Made by a program: the position numbers and the translations under genes. Under the pieces are notes generated by a model, which had not been told where the DNA came from, searched no databases, and saw nothing but the letters and a program-made list of their open reading frames with translations. A stretch of 62,277 nt of DNA, counting the filler, from Platydemus manokwari (lineage: Eukaryota), in assembly GCA_037951405.1 (NCBI GenBank). It is 5 parts of 5 records of this genome, joined end to end, with 100 filler letters (N's around TTAATTAATTAA, not from the genome) between each part and the next. Parts side by side here need not be neighbours in the genome. Positions count along the whole stretch, not along the records: positions 31,309 to 42,621 come from JBBMOY010769981.1; positions 42,722 to 62,277 come from JBBMOY011789171.1; 3 more parts are not named here. One strand, 5' to 3'. Each line of letters starts with the position of its first letter. The stretch's first letter is position 1. Shown in pieces: positions 39,332 to 52,030 of this stretch.

Positions 39332-39634
39332 GGCTAAGGTATAGACTACTCTGAACATTGTTTTATCAAACTATTTTTACATTGTTACCATGGTTACCGA
39401 GGTGATTTGGTTAACCTACCCTGAAATTTGTTATTAAAAAAATAATTTTTACCAAATTTTTTTTTACCATATTCCTGCGCCTTTGCTATTAATTGCATGT
39501 CAGGGAGACCGATAAACGTTCTCTCGAAATCATTTGTTAAATATTCATTTATATTCATATTCATAATATGTAGGTCAACTTTTAGATTAAATTAGTTTGA
39601 TAAAACAATGTTCAGAGTAGTCTATACCTTAGCC
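39332..39634. mobile_element. Young 303-bp MITE with 42-bp perfect TIRs and a 9-bp TSD (Merlin- or Mutator-type)
   Basis: TIR GGCTAAGGTATAGACTACTCTGAACATTGTTTTATCAAACTA at both ends. Flanking duplication GTTTTTTAG at 39323-39331 and 39635-39643. Confidence 0.93.
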
Positions 39635-39749
39635 GTTTTTTAGTATTAACTTATGCTATTTTTGTTGTCCTAATTTTTGTAATTACTATTTTAAGTTTCC
39701 TTTTTGCTATACTTATTATTTTAAGTTTTTATTATTCTATTTTTAGATT

Positions 39750-40640
39750 TTATTTTATCGGTATTCTATTTTTATGATTTATTTGTATAAGTTGATAAAG
39801 AGTACTTGAAAATAATAGCCTGAACCGGAAAAGAGATATACCGGAAAGTATGGTATAATATAATCGCTTGTACTCGCTAGAATGTGTCAACTTGCAAGTA
39901 TGGTAACAGTATTCGAGATAGTATTTATACGACCAGGGGTAGTTCATATTTGTGTACGGACCAGTTCCGTTTCTTATTAATCCAACGTTTATAATGAGAT
40001 TGGTCCTAATATTATTAAAGTCATTAGGATTGTGCTTCTTGTAATATATTCATGTAAATTAAGAATAGATATAATTGAAAGTCACCAAAGTTTTGCCATT
40101 CGTACATTTCTATTTCCTCATCTTGATGGAATTAAGTTTCTTCAACAAATTGTCTAAGTCATTCGGTTCTTTTTGAGAATCCATTTCAATTATCATAACG
40201 TCATCATCATCTCCTTTCAAATGCTACTGGTCGATATTTTAATTTTCATTAACTTGTTTCATAGGTTAGAGCTTTTATTGAAGGCATTTACCTTATATTT
40301 TTCAGGGACCATGATTTCCAATGGCACTTTAAATATTTTATTGAATGATTTTCTTCAATTTTTGTTCTTGTACTAATTTGCTTGCATGATTAAATGTTAT
40401 TTAATGCATCAATAAATGTTATTTATCTCTGATTACTATATCATTCTCTAGTTCTGGAGAATCTATCCATTTCAATATTTTTCCTGCATTTTCTAAAATT
40501 CTCCTTTCTTCCTTTCTAATTTTCTTTTCTGCTCGCATTGATTATTCCATTCGCGATCTATCCTTTTTTAGAATTTTATGTGTTTGGATAACTGCTGTTA
40601 TTTCACCAGCTTTGTCATTTTTATTTTGGATATTATTTCC
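39750..40640 (-). pseudogene. Decayed coding-like sequence adjacent to the LTR, probably retroelement-internal
   Basis: Minus frames give stop-interrupted protein-like stretches (NDKAGEITAVIQTHKILKKDRSRME*SMRAEKKIRKEERRILEN..). No family motif recognised. Confidence 0.35.
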
Positions 40641-40762
40641 AGGTATTCTGTAGTATATTTATTTAATTTTGCAATTCTGTCGGGGTTTACTCATTTCTGA
40701 CAATACTGATAGAGATAATTACCGGTCTATAACACCGATTATTTCAGATCGGAAATTTGCTA

Positions 40763-41598
40763 TGTGATGGAAACTTGTTTGGTGATAAATAAATCAATGA
40801 TTTTCCAATTCGACAATATCTGAAACTTCACAGATTAATAGGTTGCTTGTAGATGATACGATAATAAAATACTCTGTTATAATAGTAATTATCAAATGTG
40901 TTATGCATTAAAATTAGAAGAAAGAAGCTTTTGTGCCCTGAAGATTTATCAGTAAATAACAACCACCGGAGGGAACTAAGTGGCGCCCCACTGAGGTATA
41001 GAAACTAAAGAAATGTGATTTTAAAAGTCACAAATTCAGTGACGACTTTGTGAGGTTTAGTATTCACTGACAACAAATCTCCTTTCGGAGAATGATATCA
41101 GATGAATAGGATAATAATTTGAATTTACCATATTAGTTGAAAGCTGAGAAATAATGATCGTTGAATATCTGAGAGTAGCGGATTATTGCGAATAGCGTTG
41201 AGTGTATCTGATTATCACAAATAGCGTTTTTTCGAATTTTTTTAGTGAGCTTCTTCGCTTTGTAGCGAAAATACTGAATTTTACTTCAGTATTTATAGTG
41301 TTTTTGAATTTGGGCGCATGAGTAATTTTATATCCACCGTTGTCATGGAAATTTGCATTTAAATTTGAATTTCTATGACTGTTTCTAATTGCCATGGCAG
41401 CGTGAATTAATAATCATTTTGTCGAAAAAAAATTGTAGTTATTACTAATACAATTGCGCCCACACGCCTACATTTAAATTAATGTAGGTTTTCTGTTTTT
41501 ATTTATTATTACGTAGTTTTTATTTACTATTATTATGCATTATATAGTATTATTGCGTAATTCATGGGCTTGCAGCCTGCATGGGTATTATCCCGACA
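40763..41598 (-). mobile_element. LTR, copy 1 (about 836 bp; solo or 5' LTR)
   Basis: TG...CA termini; colinear and similar along its length to 58961-59925; no adjacent PPT and no clear TSD. Confidence 0.85.
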
Positions 41599-41858
41599 TA
41601 TGTACTGAAATTTATTTTTCTTGTTATGTGGCACTACTATTTTGCCTTTGATCACACTAATTATAAATCTTTCAAACTATATTCATTTATTGCCCAACCT
41701 TATTTCTAGCAATACCATATATTCCCGTATATAGATTGCAAAATATTTAATTGTTTGCCTACTATTCCATCAATTGTATCTATCAGATATCAATACTAAT
41801 TATATGGATTCTTACATTTACGTATTTTCTATCTTTTTATTTTATCCTATTCTTGCAG

Positions 41859-42308
41859 TATTGAGTTAGATAAAGTTCCGCAAAAGAAAAACGGATTTGC
41901 ACCTTGGGACCCATATTTAACTACTTTAAACATTTGTATGTCTACACAAAGATACATGCATAGCAACTCGCCAATTACAGCGGAATTAGATGGTAAACGG
42001 TATTTTGAAAAAGGGGCATAGCCACACAACAACGCACACAGAAGGGTTGACTGACCCCACCATTATGAAAATAGGATCATGGGAAAGCAAAGATCGAATC
42101 AAAATCTGATACAACATGACACAAAACATAACGTTGTTTTGTGGCTGTGCCCCTTTTCAAAATTGCCTTTTACCATCTAGCTCTGCTGTGATTGGCGAGT
42201 TGCTATGCCTGTATGGTTGTGTAGACATACAAATGTTTAAAGTACTTAAACAAGGGTTCTAAGATGAAAATCCGTTTTTCCTTTGCAGAATTTCATCTCG
42301 CTCAACAG
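41859..42308. mobile_element. About 450-bp MITE with roughly 175-bp diverged TIRs
   Basis: 41861-42035 is an imperfect inverted copy of 42131-42305. Partial relatives lie at about 46430-46730 and 51760-52030. Confidence 0.85.
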
Positions 42309-42621
42309 TAGTTTCTCTTTAAAGACATCTTTCAGATTTCCGATGGTGGCACCATGGTGTTTGGATTTTGGGAAATTGACTTCTAAATTGACAATTTATT
42401 TTAAATGAATCTTGATAAAGTGTATAAAAGTAGTTAATTTTTATATTGTAAGATTTTTGGTTTCAATGATAATATTATTTATCGTTTTCATTAATGCTTT
42501 TCAATGTGCAAGATATCTAAATTTATAAGTAAAGAAAAACCTAGTACACTGGTCGCCAAATTTATTTATACCCAGGATAAAATATTAATTGATTACGATA
42601 TTTCTATTAAATTTTATATTA

Positions 42622-42721
42622 NNNNNNNNNNNNNNNNNNNNNNNNNNNNNNNNNNNNNNNNNNNNTTAATTAATTAANNNNNNNNNNNNNNNNNNNNNNN
42701 NNNNNNNNNNNNNNNNNNNNN
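42622..42721. other. Assembly gap (N44-TTAATTAATTAA-N44)
   Basis: Directly visible. Confidence 0.98.
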
Positions 42722-43949
42722 ATGTCTTTTGTCATCTTCATAAATTTATTGGCTTAATTTAGTTATTTGAGATGGTATTATTTATTGAAATCGATGAATA
42801 AAATCATTTGATCGGTTATCTTATAATAAATCGCTTCTTAATGGTGTTAAACCTTATAATATAAGATGGATTTGATTATTGTTCGTATTAATATAATTCT
42901 TATCTAGGGCTGGTAATACATTTTGCATCGTTTTTTAATTGAATAAGAGTTGTGATTTTTAATATTGATTCTCCCCAAATAATCATTTATTATATCTAAT
43001 ACGACATTTTACATTTGAAAGATTGTGATCTTTGTTTGATATAAATTAATATTATTAAGTGCAATAATAAGATGGACGATCAAGCAATTTATTTTTGAAA
43101 TTTCTAATCTACACTTATGAATAATCACATCGAATTTAGGCAATAAAACTATGCGCGTGATTATCAAATGCAAACTAGTGTACGATATTTTTTATGTCTA
43201 ATATGATTTTTGATTCATCATTATTTTTATTTAACACATAAAAAGTCATTAATTGATTTGATTTCTTTTTTGTCTTGTTCTCAATGAGAATTTTTCTTTT
43301 TTTCGAACCCATTGTGGCTGACTATCTTTTATTTAGAGATTTTTCATTTCAAATTTTCTAATACATTTGTATGTTATTCTTGAAACAATTATTAGCAAGC
43401 AAAACAGAAAATTAAATTACTCAATCACTAATCATGAAAATAAATGTAAATGATTATTGATTTTTTTATTAAGTAAATCACTGTAGATTACTAGGTCAAT
43501 TAAGTCGGTAATAATCTTAATATTGCCAATTTACTAAATCACACAAGTGCTTTTTATCAGTTATTTAAGTTGTCAACCATTTAGCGAATCATTACTATTA
43601 GATGATTGGTTAACAAATATTATCGATTTTTATTATTACAATAAATCTTTTTTGGTGATCAATACTATCATTTCATTACGAAAATACAAATACGAAAATT
43701 GAAATTTCAAAAAATTGTTTATCTTTATCAAATTTATTCTTCGACAATTGTTAAATCAAAAAAACCAACAATTAGTTTGTTCTGTAAACAGAAAGTATAA
43801 ATAGTATCTGTTTATGATTGCATTTCTATTGGTTGTAAGATGGTGTGCACACTAACAGCATTCAAATTACTACTGGTAAAATTTATTCCTGTAACAAGAT
43901 TTTCTATTAAGTATTATGTGAAATTTAAACATTTCTTTGTGTTTTACTA

Positions 43950-44577
43950 ATGGTGGTTTATGAAATTATATTATTGACTGGTAAGTTTCTATGTATATAA
44001 AATTATATTGATTATAAAATAAATTATTTTAACTATCAGAAATGATTAATGATTCAATATAAATATATTTTAATGAGCATATTCATATTTAATTTCATAA
44101 TTTCATTTACTTAATTCGTGTATTTTAATTGAGATAAATTAAGTTTCAGTTATGAAAATTAATTTTATAATTCTCTGCAAATTCAGTTATTTCGACATTT
44201 GTTATTTTATGTCTCAAATTCAAAAAGAAAGAAATCATGTTACCCGATGAAGATGAATGTGAAAATCTAATGCGTTACAACGATCCAGCCGGTGAAACAG
44301 ACACGGCTAATTACGATTTGACAAAATTAATCCCAAATTTACCAGGAAAAGTTATAAGTAATCCAGTGGAATGAATTTTTTGAGATTTATTAAATTATTT
44401 CTGTTAGCAACAATATTAGATCCATTTTTGGTCAGTGAAAAAGAATCCGTCGATAATGATGCTCATTACCCCATTGATTATCCATTGGATTATGGTTATG
44501 AAGGTACTGGAAGTGTGATGGATGATGCAAGCGTTATTGGATCAATAAGTGTCTATTCCACAGAGTCAGACACATAG
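43950..44577 (+). CDS. TM + classical-cadherin-type cytoplasmic domain protein, 123 aa, apparently without ectodomain; exons 43950-43980, 44187-44357, 44408-44577
   Basis: Spliced product MVVYEIILLTVISTFVILCLKFKKKEIMLPDEDECENLMRYNDPAGETDTANYDLTKL...SEKESVDNDAHYPIDYPLDYGYEGTGSVMDDASVIGSISVYSTESDT*. Matches the cadherin juxtamembrane (RENi..YddEGGGEeD..YD) and catenin-binding (P.D.l..ydYEG.GS) motifs. Both introns are phase-1 GT-AG. Confidence 0.78.
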
Positions 44578-46429
44578 AGACATGGAAAATATTTTTATCG
44601 AGCTTGCCATCTGATTGATATTTTTAATTTGTGATGATATTTTAGACCTATTTCTCATTTTTATTAAATTTATTTTTTGATTGTTTTTGTTTTAAAATTT
44701 TCACAATCAATCCACTTACTGTTGTCATTCACGTAGCGTAACAGTTAGGTTCTTGGAAAATCCATGTTATATTTAACCCAATGGAATTAAACGTTTTATT
44801 TTTAATTTTAATTATTTTTCGGAACGTAGTCGCCATTATTATAATGACTCGGTTAACATGGTTTCACATAACGATGTTTTCACTAGAAACCGCTTTTATT
44901 GGAGAGAGGCTTGTATATAGCAGCAATACCAATATTTTCTCATCATCTGCTTGCATCAAGTTGTCGATATATTTCAATACATCGAAATCGAAACAGAGTT
45001 AAAAAAAACATGAATGCAGGCCTGATTGTTAGTGTAAAGGTGATATGCGATTGGATTTCATCATAATTGGATCATAAATTTACATTAGCATTAACATTTG
45101 AATTGTTTGATATTCGTCATTGATTATTTAATGATTTTTAATATCGTCATTTGCAATTATTGGAGGTCAGTCTATTTATAAGAAATTTACTTTTAGTAAA
45201 TTAATTGCAAAATCAACAATATGATATTTATAGTTGATAAAATAAAACGATTTCCACATATTCCATTGAAATCGTATAGGTTTAGAAACTCTATTTTTGT
45301 CTACCAAATAACAAGGAAATCAAATTGTTAAACCAGCTTTTCGAAAATACTTTTGCGAGTTAACCGCGGAATTTAAAATAATCATGGTTTTGAAATCGTT
45401 GTATTGAATTTGGATATCTTTCTGGAAATGACAGTTGAAAAGGTTTTTTATAAAATGAGAGGTTTGATATTAAACCGTAGCTATAAAGGCGATGATTTCA
45501 TGTTGAATGATGTATCTGTGTAGAGCAATTGGATTTTGATATGAAGAGGTTTCACGAGATTCTAAATAAAACAGCATAAGTTGTAAAAACTGTTATTATT
45601 GATTATCAGTCAATCTCAATTTGGTGTATGAATTCATTTTTGTTATTACGATAATCATGAATCACACCGTAAAATTAACATATAATATTATGAAGAATAT
45701 TCATGCATATCATAATAAACCTACCGTTTTAACAAAAATTAAAATTACATATATGTTAAGTGTGAGAATTTTTAATTAATTTATATTTGTTAAGATTTAA
45801 TTCAAATTTTATAAAAAATAATATTAATTTGTTTATATAATTATATTTAAATGTATAAATCAAAGTACAAAGTCCAACTAACCATGATGTATGTATCGTT
45901 TTCCAATTGAATGATAGAAAATATTTGATCGTTATTCTGTCTAAACAAATCTAGTATAAATTTTAAATCAAAGTGACCAGATATGATTCAGTTAAACTAG
46001 TGATTCTTTTGAATTACTTAAAAACTAGTTTGACGAATACAACTATTGTTTATTAAAAGCTCGACAATATTTTGAATAAATGCTGTTGTTTGAATATTTG
46101 GGAATTATATGGAAAATTATTAGTGACTGTACTTCTGATCAACAGCTGATTAAGTATTTCGATTTTCAAGCTTATGATATGAAATTATTTATATTTTAAT
46201 TTCGCTCAATTCCTATAAATCTTCGGCAAGAGATTAGTTACAAATTTCAAAATTATTTTTCTACAAAATTCAAAAGGAATTTGTCAGAACCTTAACCCAT
46301 CTTTCCTTGTTTTATATCAAAGTAAGCCAGTGTGCAGTTCTGTCTGTCGATTTTTCAATTACCTTCAAATCACAACATTTTTAATTTTAATACTGTTCGT
46401 TACACATTTACATCGATATTTATATTCGA

Positions 46430-46730
46430 AATCTGTGTGTAACTTTTTGTTTCATATTTTATCATATTTTGATTCGATCTTTGCTTTTCCATGTTCCTAT
46501 TAAACTTTTAAGTTTTTGCATGAGTGAGATTGGTCAATACCTATGAGTATGTTAATGTATGGCTATGCATACTTTTCCAATTGTCGTTTACCATCTAACT
46601 CCACTCTCAATGGCTGATTACTATGCCTGTAAGATTGTATAGGCATGCAAATGCTTAAAGTGCTGAAACAGAGGTTCTAAGGTGCAAATCTGTTTTTCTT
46701 TTGGTAGAATTTTGTCTCACTCAACAATAT
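46430..46730. mobile_element. Partial copy of the 41.9-kb MITE family
   Basis: Shares TTTACCATCTA..TATGCCTGTA..CAAATG.TTAAAGT..GGTTCTAAG..CTCAACA with 42170-42308. Confidence 0.75.
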
Positions 46731-48112
46731 ATATATATTTTCATTACCTATTAACTCCCTTAGATTCTAGACAATTCATAATGAAATCTTTGTTTATTAA
46801 ATTTAATCTAATAAATTTTTGACAAAGTCAATTATGCACATGGATCAAATATTCGGAAAAAATATTCAGTATCCTTACAGTAGCTAATAAATAAATATTT
46901 CAATTCAATGTTGAAATAAATAAATTTTTTGTGATTGTAGAAGTATATGAACTTATGAATAACTTTTAATTCATTTAAAATATACTATTAAAGATTATAT
47001 TCAACTTAAACATTCAACCAGAATAGCTTTGTTGCATTTGCACATTTGATATAAACGAGGTTTTAAAAGTTGCTTTGAAAATTAAATCTTCCAATACATA
47101 AATATGAAATTCAGGAAAACCAACAATACCAATATAAATGTCATGTAAATCTTAGTTTTTGATACACATCCATAAATGCGGATGTTTATATAAATAAATA
47201 TTCAAAATAACCACATTCATCGATCAATAAATTTATTTTGAAATATTATACAACATATAGAATTCGGGTTTTGCTTTGAAGATTTATTTAAAACCCTGTT
47301 ATATTGACAATATTTTAAAATTTCAATTTTGAAATCGTACTTTGGTTGTATATTTTATGAAATTATAACTAATTTATAAATAAGATTTAAAGTTTCTCAT
47401 ATTAACACTAATTTGTTGCCCAATTTTATTTTCATTTATTATTAATCATGTCTTAAATTCAAATCTCGTAATATTTAAATTTGTTTGAACTAGACTAACA
47501 TGGTGGATGCATAAATAATACATTTCTTAAAAGAAGTACCGGATATATAAATAAAATAAAAAAGGTAATCAAGTTAATTTGACTCAATTATTATATCTTT
47601 AAGTAAATTTAATTTTAAAATTGTTAAAATTTTAAGAACATAAATCCTAATTTAAATTTAGTAATAATTTTATTAAGACAAGTGATATCCATTGATTTAT
47701 TAATGTACTAATTATGTTTAAAAATGCTTATGACCAAAATACTAGTTATGTTCTATCATGAGAAAAATTATTTTTCTTATATTAGATTGTCAATCTGTAT
47801 GAAGCCTAGTTATAAGGAAGAAAATTTAGTTTCAGATCTTCAAAATCAGCTTAATTTTTTATCTATTTATGAAATATAAATGTATTAATGACATGATAAT
47901 TTACAAATTGTTATAATTATTGTTATTATTTATAATATGATCTTTTTGTATATAATAATTACGTCCATCTATGGCTTATGGGATGATTTCAAAATTTGTT
48001 ATACTGTTCTTTCTTTAGTTATATTTCTTAGTTTCATAAATTATTATTACTTTGCGGATGTGTACTTTGTTTACTTTTATTTCTTTTCATTTGTCTGATT
48101 TATATAAATATA

Positions 48113-48917
48113 TACAAGGTGTGACAAAGGTAACGCAAAATCTGAAATTAAAATTTAGATTTTATTCAAACAAAACAAAAACGTCACATCAGTGCATGTT
48201 CAAATAGTAATTCAGTCTTCGAAATGAAGAGCGTGGCTGTTCAAACATTTCTACAGCCTTGAAGGCGTCGACTGGCACACCATTTTGCGTAACTGATTGT
48301 CAACTGATTGTACATCAGTTGTGATTGCTGCAGCCAATTCTTCGATTGTTTGGGGGCTTTCGTTCATACTTCAAGTCTTTCAACTTTTCTCAAAAAAAGT
48401 TCATTGGAGTAAGATCAGGGGAATGCAGTAGCCACTAGATCTAATCACACATTCCAATCCACAAAGGTGGGAATTTTGCATTCAACCACTCTTGTACAAT
48501 AATTGCAAAATGTGGTTTTGCTCCGTCGAGGTGAAAACGATTTGTTCACTACGTCGTATTCATTCGGATAGTATTTAAGGCCAGATACTTAGTCAGTGTT
48601 TTCAAACTTCTTTACGAGTCTTTGAATTGTTGATGGTTGAATTATCTTTTTATCTGACTTTATTTAATTGTTGCACTTGTGAAAGTATTGCACGACCTTT
48701 ATACTATCTTCGGTTGATAGTCAAATCTCCATAATCGATGAAATATACGCCAAAAGTTTGCTTTTTTGAATCCAATTTAAGCTTAACACAAGCAATGGAT
48801 TGATAAAACAAATTTGAAATTCAAATCAATTATAAATTCTCAACAATTTTTAAAAGTATGATTGGAACCATAAAATAATCGTTCATAGATTTTGCGCTAC
48901 TTTTGTCACATTCCGTA
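48113..48917 (-). mobile_element. Internally deleted rosa/DD41D-type Tc1/mariner transposon with both TIRs
   Basis: TIRs TACAAGGTGTGACAAAGGTAACGCAAAATCT and reverse complement TACGGAATGTGACAAAAGTAGCGCAAAATCT. Minus strand FHLDGAKPHF..WLNAKFP..WIG..W..HSPDLTPMNFF with 41 residues between catalytic positions 2 and 3; ends HFED*. Confidence 0.9.
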
Positions 48918-51759
48918 TTAATTGATTATTCCTAAATCTTTATTATTTATATTTGGGTATTATCGTCTATTTAATTTTATAATATTTCTTTTTCTTGTTT
49001 ATTAAATAATGTTTACTCTAGTTATGTCATATCGACTTTTTGTTTTTAATCAAGTCATTTAATTAATTATGTATTAATTTTATTATAAGGTCTTAATGTG
49101 CTTAAAACCTGTCGAAATGGCAATTGACATGTTGGTTCGATAAATTTCTCCGACAAAGAGTAGTAGGGGACACTATTAAATTATAACTTATTGAATCGAA
49201 ATCACCAATTGAAATTTCAATAATGGTAAAGTTTATAAAGGCTATATATTTATAAAGAATACGAAGTACGATTAATAGTATTTTGTTTTAAAAGTTTGAT
49301 ATTAAAAGACTCAAAAGTAAACAAATAAGTAAAATATTTATTTTGACTACAAAACTACTCAACAAGATCAGAAAAAATGTGATTACACCAAATGAATTTA
49401 CAAATTTATTGGCGTATAAATTGAATGGCTCTTTGTAGAGAATTTTTGGTTGTTTGTATCTCTTGGTTTCTGCTAATCATGATTTTGCGTTAAATTTTTG
49501 TAAATCCCCCTAACTTTGTTTTGTTTACTGTTTAATGGTGAATTTCCAATATTGTTTAATATTTTGTTTGCTTTTTTATTGTTTATTTATTATCTACTTT
49601 TTATCGTTTCCCATTTTTTCTGTTTTAACAACTTATGCATTTATTATGACAAGTTGCATGTTTCTATGGTTAACTGGTTTATTTATTTTTGGCTTTGGTT
49701 ATATTTGTAAAATGTTGTTTTTAATTTAAAATAATTTGTTTTGACTGCAATGAATTTTAATCTTAATTTTATATCTAATTATGATTATATTTTTTAATGT
49801 CCTTTTGTTTTTATCTTATATTTTGTAACCTATTATTTTTGATTGCTTTTTCTGTATCTTTATAAGATGAGAGTCATTATTTTTAATCATTATCATTAAA
49901 TTTATCGCACAGAATTTCTAAAAGTTATTAGTACAGTTACAACAATGAAACATCAAACAACTGAAATAAAGTATAATTATTACTTTTAAGCACTATTAGT
50001 TATCATATAATTGCTATTTAGGGTATATTTTTTGAGGTAGGCTTTGAACTACTGATTTGCATAACCGACGCTATATAACATTTGGATATGGTTTTTATTT
50101 TATTTGAAGAGGGTATTAAGGTGGCCGATAAAATTGTTAAATTTGTTACTATCAGTGAAGTCATCTGATCGTTTAATACTACTTTTTTAGGTTCAACACT
50201 GGTAACCTAGTTTAGTTAAAATTTGTAAAATATAACATTAATTAACAACTTAAAATTAGCGCAAAGGAATAAGATCCAATTATAGATTAATCACACATAG
50301 TTCCTGAAAAGTTTTAAAAATACTTGATAGAATCTTCTCATACTAGTATACCTTTTACACAAACAAGTTGCTACTTTTAACAATTATATCTTTACAATAT
50401 TTTTACTACTTTACTAATGGCAATTTTAACGCTGAGCTTTATTACCTTCACAAAAATAAAGTGCTAGTTTTCAAAAATGGCAACACTACTGTTTTGTTTT
50501 GGTTTATATACCAATACAAAGTAAATATATTCAATAATTTCTTTTAAAGGTTATTTGCTAATGCAAAATTTATTTTTCTTTATTTTATAAAAATTTCAGA
50601 AAATTCAGTCTTTTACTAATAATGACTTCCCGAGTATGCTTTCTTATTTTGATTTAAAATTACTTTTAAAATACATTTAGTTGTATTTTTTGTAATTATA
50701 AGCTACTTTAATTGGGATTTATTTGTTTTTGCGTTTGAGTTTATTTTGTAATTAAAATTAGCATTTTTGATGTTAACATTTTGCCTATTCAAAATTTTTG
50801 AGATATCAAAATGTCAAACCATAAATGAATAATATTATTATTAAATTATTAATATTTGTTTAATGTATTTAATCATTTTTCTCAACTTGGTAGGTTTTGT
50901 TAAACGTAAATACTGTCTAAAATTTGATAATTTTAGAACTTGTTTAAATTAGTCTAATTTTTTGTAAATTTCCAGAGCCAAAACTCCTGACCCATTTTCC
51001 AAATTCCTAATATGGACATTTTTGAAACTTGATCTTTCTATTTTTGTTGCTATTAATGGTAGTGTGATAATTTTCCATTTTGTTTTTGATATCACTTGCA
51101 TTCCACAATCTCTTGATCTTCAAAAATTTCAGAAATATTCATCTTGGTTTTCTGCCATAACAAATAGTTTCAGAGTATCCAATGTTCGCTCCTTCAAATT
51201 GATAATATCTTGTACATTTTCACGTTTTTGTTTTCATTTATTGAATGCGTCTATGCGAGAAAACTATCGGTGGTTATCTATTATCTGTGGCGATAATATT
51301 TGCGCTTTGAAGTATGAATCAAACATTGATAGGCGAGTACCATCCTGAAAATCTGTACTGGTTTCTAACTTCTCTAATTTCTTTAACTGGATATTTGTTT
51401 CATTGATTCGTACCTAAGTTATTATATATTAAGAAACATCTTTAGAAACACTTGGGATTTAAATTTTTATTTATTTTTTCATTGAATATTTTTGTACAAA
51501 AATAAACATAAATAACTTTTTTGAGTTTGCTAGGTCTTGATTCTGAATAACTAATAATTGCTGATTCCAAAAGTCGAAGGTTGTAAGCTTTATTTCTAAT
51601 TCAGTTACTAATCTTTACGACTCACAAAATAATACAAATACAATCAAACTTGATTTGCAAACGACACTCGTACTACTCAGTACTACGCTAAAATTCGATA
51701 CAATGTCCCAAAAGACGTAAACAAGACTTGGTTTTTTTTACATCGATATTTATACTCAA

Positions 51760-52030
51760 GATCTGTGTAATTTTTGTGTCATATTTGTATCACATCTTGA
51801 TTTGATCTTTACTTTTCCATTTTTCTATTGGGCTTATAAGTTTTTGTATGCGTGGGATTGGTCAATTCTTATGTGTGTTGTTGTGTTGCTATGTCCCTTT
51901 TTCCAATTGTCGTTTAACTAGAGAACAATTACAAGCTATTGAGCTCGTATGAAATGCGGAAATCTTTATTTTATAATTATAAACAAGATCCGCGACTTCT
52001 GGATTCTGTCTTTGAAATCTCACTCAACAA
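51760..52030. mobile_element. Partial copy of the 41.9-kb MITE family
   Basis: Similar to 46430-46730 (ATCTGTGT..GATCTTT.CTTTTCCAT..GATTGGTCAAT..TTTTCCAATTGTCGTTTA..TCTCACTCAACAA). Confidence 0.65.

Noticed and set aside
40937-41000. CTGAAGA followed by a hairpin, suggesting a hammerhead ribozyme in the LTR
   Set aside because: No GAAA directly after stem II and no stem III/UH arrangement in either copy; kept only as a conserved structured element.
44700-45560. Coding-like composition downstream of the cadherin-tail gene
   Set aside because: All frames are interrupted and no recognisable motif was found; cannot assign.
50980-51410. 108-aa plus ORF and a decayed minus frame
   Set aside because: No motif or splice support; probably an old repeat fragment.
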